Of a stretch of DNA of 64,000 nucleotides, positions 55,175 to 63,816 are shown piece after piece (positions within the stretch are counted from its first letter, which is position 1; each line of letters begins with the position of its first letter). Position numbers and translations under genes: made by a program. The notes under the pieces were generated by a model that was not told the origin of the DNA, did no database searches, and was given only the letters and a program-made list of their open reading frames with translations. This stretch comes from Lysobacter sp. (GTDB taxonomy: Bacteria > Pseudomonadota > Gammaproteobacteria > Xanthomonadales > Xanthomonadaceae): positions 1,044 to 65,043 of the forward strand of contig JAKFDF010000064.1 in the NCBI GenBank assembly GCA_036676275.1, given 5' to 3'.

Positions 55175-55226
55175 CAAGCTTCCCATTCCCGGGAACTCGT
55201 CCCGGGCCCCGAGGTCAGATCCGCCG

Positions 55227-56093
55227 ATGACCGTCCGGTTGCTCAAATTGCCATTGGCCCTCCTGCTCCTGCTCTGCATGGTGGCAGGCGCGTCCGCGCA
55301 AACGCGGCGCAGCGACAACAGCACGTGGTTGCCGGTGTGGAACAACGCCAGCGGCAAGCTGGAAGCCTACCTGGTGCTCGAGCCGACCGAAACGCCGCAG
55401 GTCGGTACCCGTTGGCGCTTCGGCAACAATTCGCTCGATGCCACCTTCGGCCTGGAAGCCGGCGACTCGCTGGCGCTGCTGTGCAACCGCAAGAGCGGGA
55501 TCGTCGGCGCGCTCGGCAACCTGCCCAACAACTGCCTGCTGGCCGCACTTGGCGACAGCCTCGACGACGACAACCGCAATGGCAGCCGCCGCGGCAGCGC
55601 GACCCTGGCGTTCGCCCGCGACAACGGCAAGCTGGGCGTGACCGCCGGCAGCGGCCACGACACCCTGCCCGGCTGGCTGGTGCCGGGTGCGCCGCGCAAC
55701 CAGGTCGACGTCAACGACCTGACCGTGTTCGCGCAGAAGAACCTGCGCAACGAAGGTTTCGTCTCGATCGCCGGCACCGTCGCCAAGGCGCGACTGGTCC
55801 CGGCGTCCCAGGCACCGGAACTGGCTGACCGCTGGAGCAGCAAGTCGTTGGCGGTCGGCGGCGGATTCGGCGCATTCGGCGCCAGCATCGTGGGCCATGT
55901 CATCGATACCCCGGGGCAACCCAAATGGAGCGGCCTCGGGCTCGGCCTGACCTGGCGCACGCCCTGGAGCGGGCAGCTCACGGTCGGCGCGGACAACGTG
56001 GTCACCCGCGGCAAGAACCCGTTCTCGGCCGCGGGCAGCGGCGAGTCCGGAGACGGGACCGTCCCGTACGTGCGTTACGAGCAGGATCTCTAG
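55227..56093 (+). CDS. Exported hypothetical protein, beta-rich, possible outer-membrane protein
   Basis: Signal peptide ending ASA-Q, Gly/aromatic alternating strands, C-terminal 'VPYVRYEQDL', one Cys pair. Confidence 0.7.
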   Translation: MTVRLLKLPLALLLLLCMVAGASAQTRRSDNSTWLPVWNNASGKLEAYLVLEPTETPQVGTRWRFGNNSLDATFGLEAGDSLALLCNRKSGIVGALGNLPNNCLLAALGDSLDDDNRNGSRRGSATLAFARDNGKLGVTAGSGHDTLPGWLVPGAPRNQVDVNDLTVFAQKNLRNEGFVSIAGTVAKARLVPASQAPELADRWSSKSLAVGGGFGAFGASIVGHVIDTPGQPKWSGLGLGLTWRTPWSGQLTVGADNVVTRGKNPFSAAGSGESGDGTVPYVRYEQDL

Positions 56094-56168
56094 GAGCAGG
56101 AAACCGCTGGGCGCACCCGGCCCGAGGTCGCTGCGTCGCCGCTTCTTTCCCCATGCCGCACCGCGCGC

Positions 56169-57719
56169 TCAGTAGCCGCGCAGCGCCTGGATCAGCGGTT
56201 GTAGATAGGCTTCATACGGCGCCCACTTCGGGCGTTCCCGGGCGACGATTCCCTGCCGCACCTGCACCGCGCTCGCGGTGGCTACCCCGCGCTCGCGCTC
56301 GGTGAGCGCGAGCATCTGCGGCTGGAAGTCCAGGCCACAGAACGCACATATCCGGCGCAGGACGGTTTCTGGATCACGCGTCAGCTCGGCATAGTCCACG
56401 TCCAGGATCCGGCCGGGCCAGGCCTGGTGCCAATGCGCCATCAGCCGCCGGTACTGCTTGTAGAAATCCGCCAGTTCCAGTTGGTCGTAGGAATAGGGGT
56501 TGGCCTCGGAAAACAACTCCCGCAGGTTGGAAAAACAGGTTTCGACCGGATCCCGCACCATGTGCAGGATCTTCGCCTGCGGCAGTGCCTGGCAGATGAA
56601 GCCGATATTGAGGAAATTGGATGGCAACTTGTCGGTGAAGCAACGTTCGCCGCCCAGGCGCCATTCCATCTTTTCCAGGTATCCGCGCCCCACGGCGGCG
56701 AAGTCCACGCCCGCGGCGCGCTCGATCACAGTCGCATCGATGACGCCGCGGCAATGCTGGTCCGTGGCATAGCGCATCTGGCTGGTGAAGTCGTACAGCT
56801 CGCCCACTCCCTTGACCTGGTCGTGGCCGTCGAGCAGTTGCTCCAGCAGCGTGGTCCCGGAACGATGCATGCCGGTAATGAAGATCGGAACGCGCCCATC
56901 CGTGTCCTGGTCCGGCACCGCTACGGCCGGCAGCCCGACCAGGGCATCGACCAGGGCGGTGGTGTCGGCGGTACGATAGTCCAGCAGCGCACGCTTGGCC
57001 TTGCAGGCACGAAGCAAGGCCTCCCATGCACCCGCGTAGTCGCCCCGGCGATCGAGCTCGTTGTGCAAGGCGTAACCCACCAGCGCGACGTGCTCGGGAT
57101 CCTTGCTGGGCGCATCGAGCAGTCGGCGAAGCCGAGCGACGTGGTCACCCGTCTCGATGCCGCGCGGCATCCGCGACAGGTGCCAATAGATGGAAGCAAG
57201 CCCGGGGGCCCGCTTCAGGCAGCGCTGCAGGTCGGCATTGGCTTCCTCGAACCGCCCGAGATAGATCAGCACCTGGGCGCGTGCCAGCAGCGTCGGCGGA
57301 TACTCCGGATCGCCGCGAAACGCCTCGTCGAGGAACGGCAAGGCGCGTTCCTGCTCGTTGAGGTAGCTCAGCTGGCCCGAGAGGGTCAGCAGCACCGGAA
57401 TCGTGACATTTTCGAGCGGCGGCATCCTGTCGATGTAGCCCAGGACCGCCTCCGCCTCGTTGAAGGTGCGCAATCGGCTGATGAGGTCCATCACCACCGA
57501 TGCCTGTTGCGGCCGGGCCGCATGGACCTGCAAGACCAGCTCGCGCGCGGCGCGATAGCGGCCCAGGTGGGACTCCACGTAGGACAGCAGCAGGAGGGCG
57601 GGCAACCTGTCCGGCTCGATAGCCAGCAGTTGCCGCAGCGATTGACGCGCGCCCGCCCAATCTTCGCGCGCGAACTGGGATTGCGCGGTGCGCCAGAAAC
57701 CAAGGATGCGTGAGGACAT
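56169..57719 (-). CDS. TPR-containing sulfotransferase (Sulfotransfer_3-like)
   Basis: N-terminal TPR helices; 5'-PSB 'FITGMHRSGTTLLEQLL', 'FTDKLPSNF', 3'-PB 'HMVRDPVETCFS', 'TASAVQVR'; no signal peptide. Confidence 0.9.
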   Translation of the reverse strand: MSSRILGFWRTAQSQFAREDWAGARQSLRQLLAIEPDRLPALLLLSYVESHLGRYRAARELVLQVHAARPQQASVVMDLISRLRTFNEAEAVLGYIDRMPPLENVTIPVLLTLSGQLSYLNEQERALPFLDEAFRGDPEYPPTLLARAQVLIYLGRFEEANADLQRCLKRAPGLASIYWHLSRMPRGIETGDHVARLRRLLDAPSKDPEHVALVGYALHNELDRRGDYAGAWEALLRACKAKRALLDYRTADTTALVDALVGLPAVAVPDQDTDGRVPIFITGMHRSGTTLLEQLLDGHDQVKGVGELYDFTSQMRYATDQHCRGVIDATVIERAAGVDFAAVGRGYLEKMEWRLGGERCFTDKLPSNFLNIGFICQALPQAKILHMVRDPVETCFSNLRELFSEANPYSYDQLELADFYKQYRRLMAHWHQAWPGRILDVDYAELTRDPETVLRRICAFCGLDFQPQMLALTERERGVATASAVQVRQGIVARERPKWAPYEAYLQPLIQALRGY

Positions 57720-57746
57720 GCGCCATGTTCCCATATCGGCGACGCG

Positions 57747-57776
57747 AAAAAAAAGCGGCCGCCCGAGGGCGGCCGC
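57747..57776 (-). terminator. Rho-independent terminator between the TonB receptor and the sulfotransferase
   Basis: GCGGCCGCCC/GGGCGGCCGC stem followed by 8 T on the minus strand. Confidence 0.85.
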
Positions 57777-57800
57777 CAGCTACAGCATGTTGCGTGGAAC

Positions 57801-60800
57801 TTAGAAGTCGTACTGGACCATGAAGCGGACCGAACGCGGAGCCTGGTAGCCGGTCGCACGGTTGTACGTGCACTCCGCCTCGCCCGGACCACCGCAGTTC
57901 TCGCCGAAGGTCGGACGACCGATCACGTCCTCGCCGAACTCGTCGACGTTGGTGACCGCCTGCGCGTTGAAGACGTTGAACACGTCAACCTTGAACATCA
58001 GGTTGCCGTCGGCGAACGCCGGCCGGTAGGCGACGTTCAGGTCCAGAGTCTTCTGCCACGGGGTCGTGCCAACCGAACCACGCGGGATGATCGTGGAACC
58101 GTTGTTGGAGAAGTAATCGATCGGACCCGGGTCGCACGAGAAGTACGAGTTGCCGTAGCGCGAGGTGAAGTAGTCACCCAGGTAGCCGAAGCAGTTGATC
58201 GGACGGCCCGACTGCACCAGCAGGTTGGCGCCCACGGACCACTGGTCGTTGATCTCGTAGTTGCCGAACAGCTTGATGGTGTGGCGGCGGTCGTTCGGCA
58301 GGTAGCCGTACGCGCCGTACGCCAGTTCCGGATAGTCGAAGTCCTGGGTCGTGCCGGTGTCGTCCTGGCCGATGTCCGACTTCACGCCACCCTCGGTGTT
58401 GCCCTTGCTCTTGGCGTAGGTGTACGAACCCTGCAGGAACAGCTTGTCCCAGTTGCCCTGGAAGAAGAACTCCAGCGCCGAGTAGGTACGCTTCGCGTCC
58501 GCGCCCTGCACCGAGGTGCCGGCCGGGATGCCGAACGCATTGCCCGCGGCCCAGACGTCGGTTGCGCCGATCGGAATCGTCTCCAGCACGCCGTCGCCGT
58601 CCACGTCCATGCGGTACACCGAGTCCTGGCCCGGGTTGTACAGGCGGCAGTACGGGAAGCCCGGGTTGACGTCGTTGACTTCATACCCGTTGTCGTACGC
58701 CCACTGGAAGATCGGACGGTAGTCGCAGGTGTCGTCGATCGCGGCCTTCAGGTCACGATAGATGCCACGCACGCCCATCGACACGTTGTCGGTCAGCTGC
58801 TTCTGGAAGCCCAGGATGTACTCGTCCTGGTACATCGGCTTCAGCGTCTGCGAGGCGATGGTTTCCGGGTTCTTGGCGAGGCCGAACTCGTTGTTGAGGT
58901 AACGGATTTCGCCATCCGGCGTCAGGCCGGTCGGGGCATCGGTTTCCGGGTCCACGCCGGTGTAGGTGAAGAACTGCTGGCTGAACAGCGACACCGAGGC
59001 ACCACGCACGGCGACGGTGGCGGTCAGCGGCAGGGCGTAGCGGCCGGCGTTACCGAAGACCTTGAAGGTCGAGTCGCCGAACACGTCCCACGAGAAGCCC
59101 AGTCGCGGCGCGAACTGGTTGCTGATCTTGACGTAGGTTTCGCCCTCGCCGTTCTTGTTCTCGAACGTATCCCAGCGCAGGCCGATGTAGGCGGTGAAGT
59201 TGTCGGTGATGCTCCAGCTGTCCTCGAGGTAGTACGCGGTCTGGTCGACCGCCACCGTGGAACCGGACTGGAACACGCGGGCGCGGACGGTGTCGTTGTC
59301 GATATAGCGGTAGTAGACGCCGCCGCTGTACGACTCGCCGGCCACCGACTCGAAGTTGTCGATGTCCACGCCGCCGCGCAGCAGGTGGTCGCCCAGCTGC
59401 CATTCGGCGTCGATGCGGAACTGCTCGCGGGTGTCCTCGGCGTCCGGACGGCCCAGAGTGGTGGCCAGGTAGCAGCCGGTGCGTTCGCCGCCGGTGGCGT
59501 CCTGGTCGGCCTGCGAGCGGGCGTCGATCACCAGCGGGCAGCCGTCGGCGCCATGGCCCACGTTGCCGCTGTAGGAGTTGCGGATGCCGTTGGCAGCGAC
59601 GCTGTAGTTGCTGCGCGAGAACGAGCCCGTGCCCGCCAGCACCGACAAGGTGAAGGTGTCGGTCAGGTAGCCGGTGTACTTCAGGACGTAGAAGTCGCCG
59701 CCGCGCTCGGTGAAGTCGGTGCCCTGGTACGTGCTACGGCTCGGCGCGCCATTGGCGTCGTAGGTCGTGGCGAAGTAGTCGGTTTCGATATCGCGCTGGT
59801 CGCTCATCCCCGTGAACTCGAGGATGTTGTTCTCGTTGATGTTCCAGTCCAGCTTCAGCAACCAGTTCGGTGCCTTGGTATTGGACTCGAAGTTGTTGCC
59901 GGTGACCTGGACACCCGGATAGGCGTTGTCCTGGGTGCGGCCGTACTGGACCAGGCCGTAGGCGAACAGGCGATCCTTGACCAGCGCGCCGCTGGCCCAC
60001 ACGGCCGCGGTCAGCTGATCGCTGCTGTTTTCCGAGCGGTCGCTGTAGAGATCGCCATTGGGCATGTAGAAACTGTGGCGGGTACCCTCGAGCGAATCGG
60101 GTTCCCAGAAGATGTTGCCACCGGCGTGGAACTCGTTGCTGCCGCGCTTGGTGATCTGGTTGAGCACGCCACCGGTCGACCGGCCGAACTCGGCGCCGTA
60201 GCCACCCGTCTTGACCTGCTGCTCGGCGATGCCTTCGAACGGCACCTGCACGAAATTCAGGTTCTGGAAGGTGTTGGTGATGTTGAAGCCGTTGAGGTAG
60301 TACTGGTTCTCGGCAACGGACGCGCCGCCGAACGAGGCCAGGTTGCCGAACGCGGCGTCGCCACGCACGGTGCCCGGTGCCAGCAGGGCCACCGAGGTGC
60401 CGTCGCGCGGAACCGGGATCTTGGCGATCTGCTCGGCGGTGAGGATCGTGGTCGATTCCACCGAGGAGACGTCGATCGGATTGACCTGGTTGGTGCCGAC
60501 GACGGTGACGGTGCCCAGCGTGGTCGCGTCGCCGCCGGCGAAATCGACCGTGGTCGTGGTACCGACATTGACAGTCGCCGGACGTGCCGCGCCGCCGTTG
60601 TCGGAGACCTCGTACTGGCCGGTGGGCAGGGCCGAGAAGCGGTAGTTGCCGTCCGCGCCGACCGTGATCGTGCGGCTGAAGCCGCGCGACGCATTGGTGA
60701 TGGTGATGGTGTCGCCGGGATTGGCGCTACCCGTGATCGCACCAGCCGCGTTGGTTTGTGCATAGGCGCCGCCCACGAAGCAAAGACCCAGTGCAACGGT

Positions 60801-60845
60801 CAGTGCGCTTCGCTTCAGGCCTTTGGCGAGATTCTTAGAAGCCAT
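57801..60845 (-). CDS. Oar-type TonB-dependent outer-membrane receptor with N-terminal carboxypeptidase-regulatory-like domain
   Basis: Signal peptide, 'GNYRFSALPTGQYEV', 'LGTVTVVG', plug 'ENQYYLNGFNIT...GGYGAEFGRSTGGV', 'FAPRLGFSWD', C-terminal Phe 'VQYDF'. Confidence 0.93.
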   Translation of the reverse strand: MASKNLAKGLKRSALTVALGLCFVGGAYAQTNAAGAITGSANPGDTITITNASRGFSRTITVGADGNYRFSALPTGQYEVSDNGGAARPATVNVGTTTTVDFAGGDATTLGTVTVVGTNQVNPIDVSSVESTTILTAEQIAKIPVPRDGTSVALLAPGTVRGDAAFGNLASFGGASVAENQYYLNGFNITNTFQNLNFVQVPFEGIAEQQVKTGGYGAEFGRSTGGVLNQITKRGSNEFHAGGNIFWEPDSLEGTRHSFYMPNGDLYSDRSENSSDQLTAAVWASGALVKDRLFAYGLVQYGRTQDNAYPGVQVTGNNFESNTKAPNWLLKLDWNINENNILEFTGMSDQRDIETDYFATTYDANGAPSRSTYQGTDFTERGGDFYVLKYTGYLTDTFTLSVLAGTGSFSRSNYSVAANGIRNSYSGNVGHGADGCPLVIDARSQADQDATGGERTGCYLATTLGRPDAEDTREQFRIDAEWQLGDHLLRGGVDIDNFESVAGESYSGGVYYRYIDNDTVRARVFQSGSTVAVDQTAYYLEDSWSITDNFTAYIGLRWDTFENKNGEGETYVKISNQFAPRLGFSWDVFGDSTFKVFGNAGRYALPLTATVAVRGASVSLFSQQFFTYTGVDPETDAPTGLTPDGEIRYLNNEFGLAKNPETIASQTLKPMYQDEYILGFQKQLTDNVSMGVRGIYRDLKAAIDDTCDYRPIFQWAYDNGYEVNDVNPGFPYCRLYNPGQDSVYRMDVDGDGVLETIPIGATDVWAAGNAFGIPAGTSVQGADAKRTYSALEFFFQGNWDKLFLQGSYTYAKSKGNTEGGVKSDIGQDDTGTTQDFDYPELAYGAYGYLPNDRRHTIKLFGNYEINDQWSVGANLLVQSGRPINCFGYLGDYFTSRYGNSYFSCDPGPIDYFSNNGSTIIPRGSVGTTPWQKTLDLNVAYRPAFADGNLMFKVDVFNVFNAQAVTNVDEFGEDVIGRPTFGENCGGPGEAECTYNRATGYQAPRSVRFMVQYDF

Positions 60846-60921
60846 TTTTTATAACCCCCATAGGGACGAAGGACCTTGAGATGTACATGTACGTCAAAGC
60901 CGAGGATGGCTAGACCGGCCG

Positions 60922-60951
60922 ACTATAGAACAGGCAACAATTCTTTAACAA
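60922..60951 (-). promoter_or_regulatory. Candidate sigma70 promoter of the TonB receptor containing the shared TTGTTAAAGAA motif
   Basis: Minus strand TTGTTA (60951-60946), 18 nt, TATAGT (60927-60922). Confidence 0.6.
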
Positions 60952-61040
60952 CCCCCTCAGCTCACGGACAGCATTGAAACCGGGCCGTGCCGACCCCAGC
61001 GCCGGGCAGTTGTCTTTTTTCTTTCGCATCCTGTTGTTTT

Positions 61041-61079
61041 GAAAAGAAAACGCCGGCAGCCCCGTCCGGGCTGCCGGCG
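61041..61079 (-). terminator. Rho-independent terminator after pckG
   Basis: CGCCGGCAGCCC/GGGCTGCCGGCG 12-bp stem followed by TTTTCTTTTC on the minus strand. Confidence 0.85.
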
Positions 61080-61130
61080 CGCGCCGTGTTGCAATGCAGC
61101 ATGGCTATTCGTTAAGACCGCGTGGATTCC

Positions 61131-62951
61131 TCAGGCCTGCAACTCGCCGGCGATCCGCTGCTGCTCGGTCTTGAGCGCTTCGGGCATGCGCGGGCCGTAC
61201 TCGGCCAGGTAGGCGCCCAGGCCCTCGAATTCGCTGCGCCAGCCGTCCCGGTCGAAGCCGAAGAGGGTGTCCCGGGCCGCGGGCGAGAGGGCCACGCCCT
61301 CGAGATCGATCTCCCCGGCCTTGGGCAGCACGCCGATCGGGGTCTGGATGCCGTCGGCCTTGCCTTCCACGCGCCGGATCATCCACTCCAGCACCCGCAG
61401 GTTGTCGCCGAAACCCGGCCACAGGAACTTGCCGTCGGCGTCCTTGCGGAACCAGTTGACGTGGAACACCTTCGGCAGTTTCGCGCCGGGCTTGTCGAAC
61501 GACAGCCAGTGCGCGAAGTAGTCGGCGAAGTTGTAGCCGCAGAACGGCTTCATCGCCATCGGGTCGCGGCGCATCACGCCGACCTGCCCGGTGGCGGCCG
61601 CGGTCGTCTCCGAACCCATCGCCGCGCCGACCAGCACGCCGTGGGTCCAGTCGCGCGCCTCGAACACCAGCGGCACCAATGAAGCGCGACGACCGCCGAA
61701 GACGATCGCCGAGATCGGCACGCCCTGCGCGTCCTCGGCCTTGTCGGAATAGCTCGGGCAGCGCTTCGCCGACACGGTGAAACGCGAATTCGGGTGCGCC
61801 GCCGGGCGCTTCGCCGGATCGTATGCCTCGCCGCGCCAGTCGGTGGCCGGCGCCTGGCCATTGTCGATGCCTTCCCACCACGGCTGGTTGTCTTCGGTGA
61901 CTGCGACGTTGGTGAAGATGGTGTGCGACTGGATCGAGGCCAGCGCGTTCGGATTGGATTTCTTCGACGTCCCCGGTGCGACGCCGAAGAAACCGGCCTC
62001 CGGGTTGATCGCGTACAGGCGGCCGTCTGCGCCCGGGCGCATCCAGCAGATGTCGTCGCCGATGGTCCAGATCTTCCAGCCTTGCGCGCGATACCCTTCC
62101 GGCGGGATCAGCATCGCCAGGTTGGTCTTGCCGCAGGCCGAGGGGAACGCCGCGGCGATGTAATGGGTCTCGCCCTGGGGGTTCTCCAGTCCGAGGATCA
62201 GCATGTGCTCGGCCAGCCAGCCCTCGCTGCGCGCCTGGTGCGAGGCGATGCGCAGCGCGTGGCACTTCTTGCCCAGCAACGCGTTGCCGCCGTAGCCGGA
62301 GCCGTACGACTTGATCGTCAGTTCTTCCGGGAAATGCATGATGAAGCGGCGCTCGGGATCGAGTTCGCCGATCGAGTGCAGGCCCTTGACGAACGTGCCC
62401 TCCCGCTCGATCCGCGCCAGTGCCGGCGCGCCCATGCGGGTCATGATCCGCATGTTGGCCACCACGTACGGCGAGTCGGTGATCTCGACCCCGCAACGCG
62501 ACAACGGCGAATCGATCGGGCCCATGCAGTACGGGATCACGTACATCGTGCGCCCGGCCATGCAGCCGTCGAACAACGCATCGATCTTCGCGTGCGCCTG
62601 CGCCGGCGCCATCCAGTGGTTGTTGGGGCCCGCGTCCTCGCGCTCCGGCGTGCACACCAGCGTGAGGTGCTCCACGCGCGCGACGTCGTCGGGGTGCGAG
62701 CGATGCAACCAGCTCTGCGGGTGGGTCCGTTCGTTGAGGCGCAGCAGGATGCCGTCGGCCTCCATCTTCGCGACCAGGGCGGTGTTCTCGGCCTCGCTGC
62801 CATCGCACCAGTGGACCGCATCGGGCCGGGTCAGCGCGGCGACTTCGGCCACCCAGTCGTTCAAAGACTGCAGCGTGCTGCCCGCGCTTGCGGGCGCGGG
62901 CGCCGCCATTGGCGCGCCCGATGCGGGCAGGTCTTTGGAAAGTGCGTTCAC
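61131..62951 (-). CDS. pckG: Phosphoenolpyruvate carboxykinase (GTP)
   Basis: 'DVARVE', 'SGYGGNALLGKKC', 'WLAEHM', 'AFPSACGKTNLAM', 'IGDDICW', 'NPEAGFFGVAPG'. Confidence 0.96.
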   Translation of the reverse strand: MNALSKDLPASGAPMAAPAPASAGSTLQSLNDWVAEVAALTRPDAVHWCDGSEAENTALVAKMEADGILLRLNERTHPQSWLHRSHPDDVARVEHLTLVCTPEREDAGPNNHWMAPAQAHAKIDALFDGCMAGRTMYVIPYCMGPIDSPLSRCGVEITDSPYVVANMRIMTRMGAPALARIEREGTFVKGLHSIGELDPERRFIMHFPEELTIKSYGSGYGGNALLGKKCHALRIASHQARSEGWLAEHMLILGLENPQGETHYIAAAFPSACGKTNLAMLIPPEGYRAQGWKIWTIGDDICWMRPGADGRLYAINPEAGFFGVAPGTSKKSNPNALASIQSHTIFTNVAVTEDNQPWWEGIDNGQAPATDWRGEAYDPAKRPAAHPNSRFTVSAKRCPSYSDKAEDAQGVPISAIVFGGRRASLVPLVFEARDWTHGVLVGAAMGSETTAAATGQVGVMRRDPMAMKPFCGYNFADYFAHWLSFDKPGAKLPKVFHVNWFRKDADGKFLWPGFGDNLRVLEWMIRRVEGKADGIQTPIGVLPKAGEIDLEGVALSPAARDTLFGFDRDGWRSEFEGLGAYLAEYGPRMPEALKTEQQRIAGELQA

Positions 62952-62983
62952 CGGTGTTGCCTCCAGCGGGATAGGTAAGGGAA

Positions 62984-63619
62984 TCAGGAGGGGATCAGCG
63001 TGGCCATCACGTGCCCGACATAGGCCTCGAATTCGTCATGCGGCAGTCGCGGCTGGTGCAACTGCAGGCTCAGCTGCAGGAAGCCGACGTAGGCCGCATA
63101 GGCCAGGCGCGCGCGATGCTGGGCGTCGCCGCGGTTGAGCCCGGCCTGGCGGAAGGATGCGGTCAGGTATTCCAGGCGGCGCGCGGACACGCGCTCGATC
63201 ACCGGCTTGACCACCGGATGGTCCAGCGCCTTGAGCAGCTCGCTGTAGATGATGTGCGAGCGCGCCTCGTGCGCGACCAGGTCGAACAGCGCGCGCAGGC
63301 GCTGGCCGGGGTCCGGGATCGCCTCGAGCTGGCCGAAGACTTCCTCCTGCTCGACCTTTTCCCAGCGCTCCAGCGCCGCCACCAGCAGGGCCTCGCGCGA
63401 CGGGAAGTGCCAGTAGAAGCTGCCCTTGGTGACCCCGAGCCGGCGCGCCAGCGGTTCGACCGCGACGGCGGCCACGCCCTGCTCGGCGATCTGGTCCAGC
63501 GCGGCCTGGGCCCAGTCCTCGGCACTGAGCCGCCCGGTCCCGCGCGCAGCCGGATTGGCCTTGGCCAGCGCCGGGGATGTGGGAGCAGCCGTCATGGGAG
63601 GAGATTGTCCATACGCCAT
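62984..63619 (-). CDS. TetR/AcrR family transcriptional regulator
   Basis: HTH 'VEPLARRLGVTKGSFYWHF'; start 63619 or 63595. Confidence 0.9.
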   Translation of the reverse strand: MAYGQSPPMTAAPTSPALAKANPAARGTGRLSAEDWAQAALDQIAEQGVAAVAVEPLARRLGVTKGSFYWHFPSREALLVAALERWEKVEQEEVFGQLEAIPDPGQRLRALFDLVAHEARSHIIYSELLKALDHPVVKPVIERVSARRLEYLTASFRQAGLNRGDAQHRARLAYAAYVGFLQLSLQLHQPRLPHDEFEAYVGHVMATLIPS

Positions 63620-63680
63620 ATCAAGTAATAGTACGCGCTAGCTCCGGGGCCGGTCAGCTGGAGCGCCGCCTGGCGCTCGA

Positions 63681-63721
63681 TTGACAGCGCCCCGGCCGGC
63701 TATCCATACTTTGGCGTATGG
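63681..63721 (+). promoter_or_regulatory. fadE promoter with overlapping CCATAC-N6-GTATGG operator candidate
   Basis: TTGACA (63681-63686), 18 nt, CATACT (63705-63710); palindrome at 63704-63721. Confidence 0.65.
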
Positions 63722-63816
63722 TATAGCCGCGGCACCCGATCCGCCAATCGGATCACCGTGGCGTGCTTCACTTGAATGGCCGTGGGTTGCGCCCATGGCC
63801 GGCTGGAGAGCTTTGC

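Noticed and set aside
55155-55226. tRNA-Sec-like fragment (AAATCCAG) upstream of the exported protein
   Set aside because: No cloverleaf, TTCAAA anticodon arm, T-loop or CCA; better explained as a promoter spacer
58281-60854. 857-aa antisense ORF on the TBDR; likewise 2321-4399, 5570-7333, 47048-49111 and 33963-35882
   Set aside because: Stop-free antisense frames are expected from strong GC3 bias; no recognisable motifs
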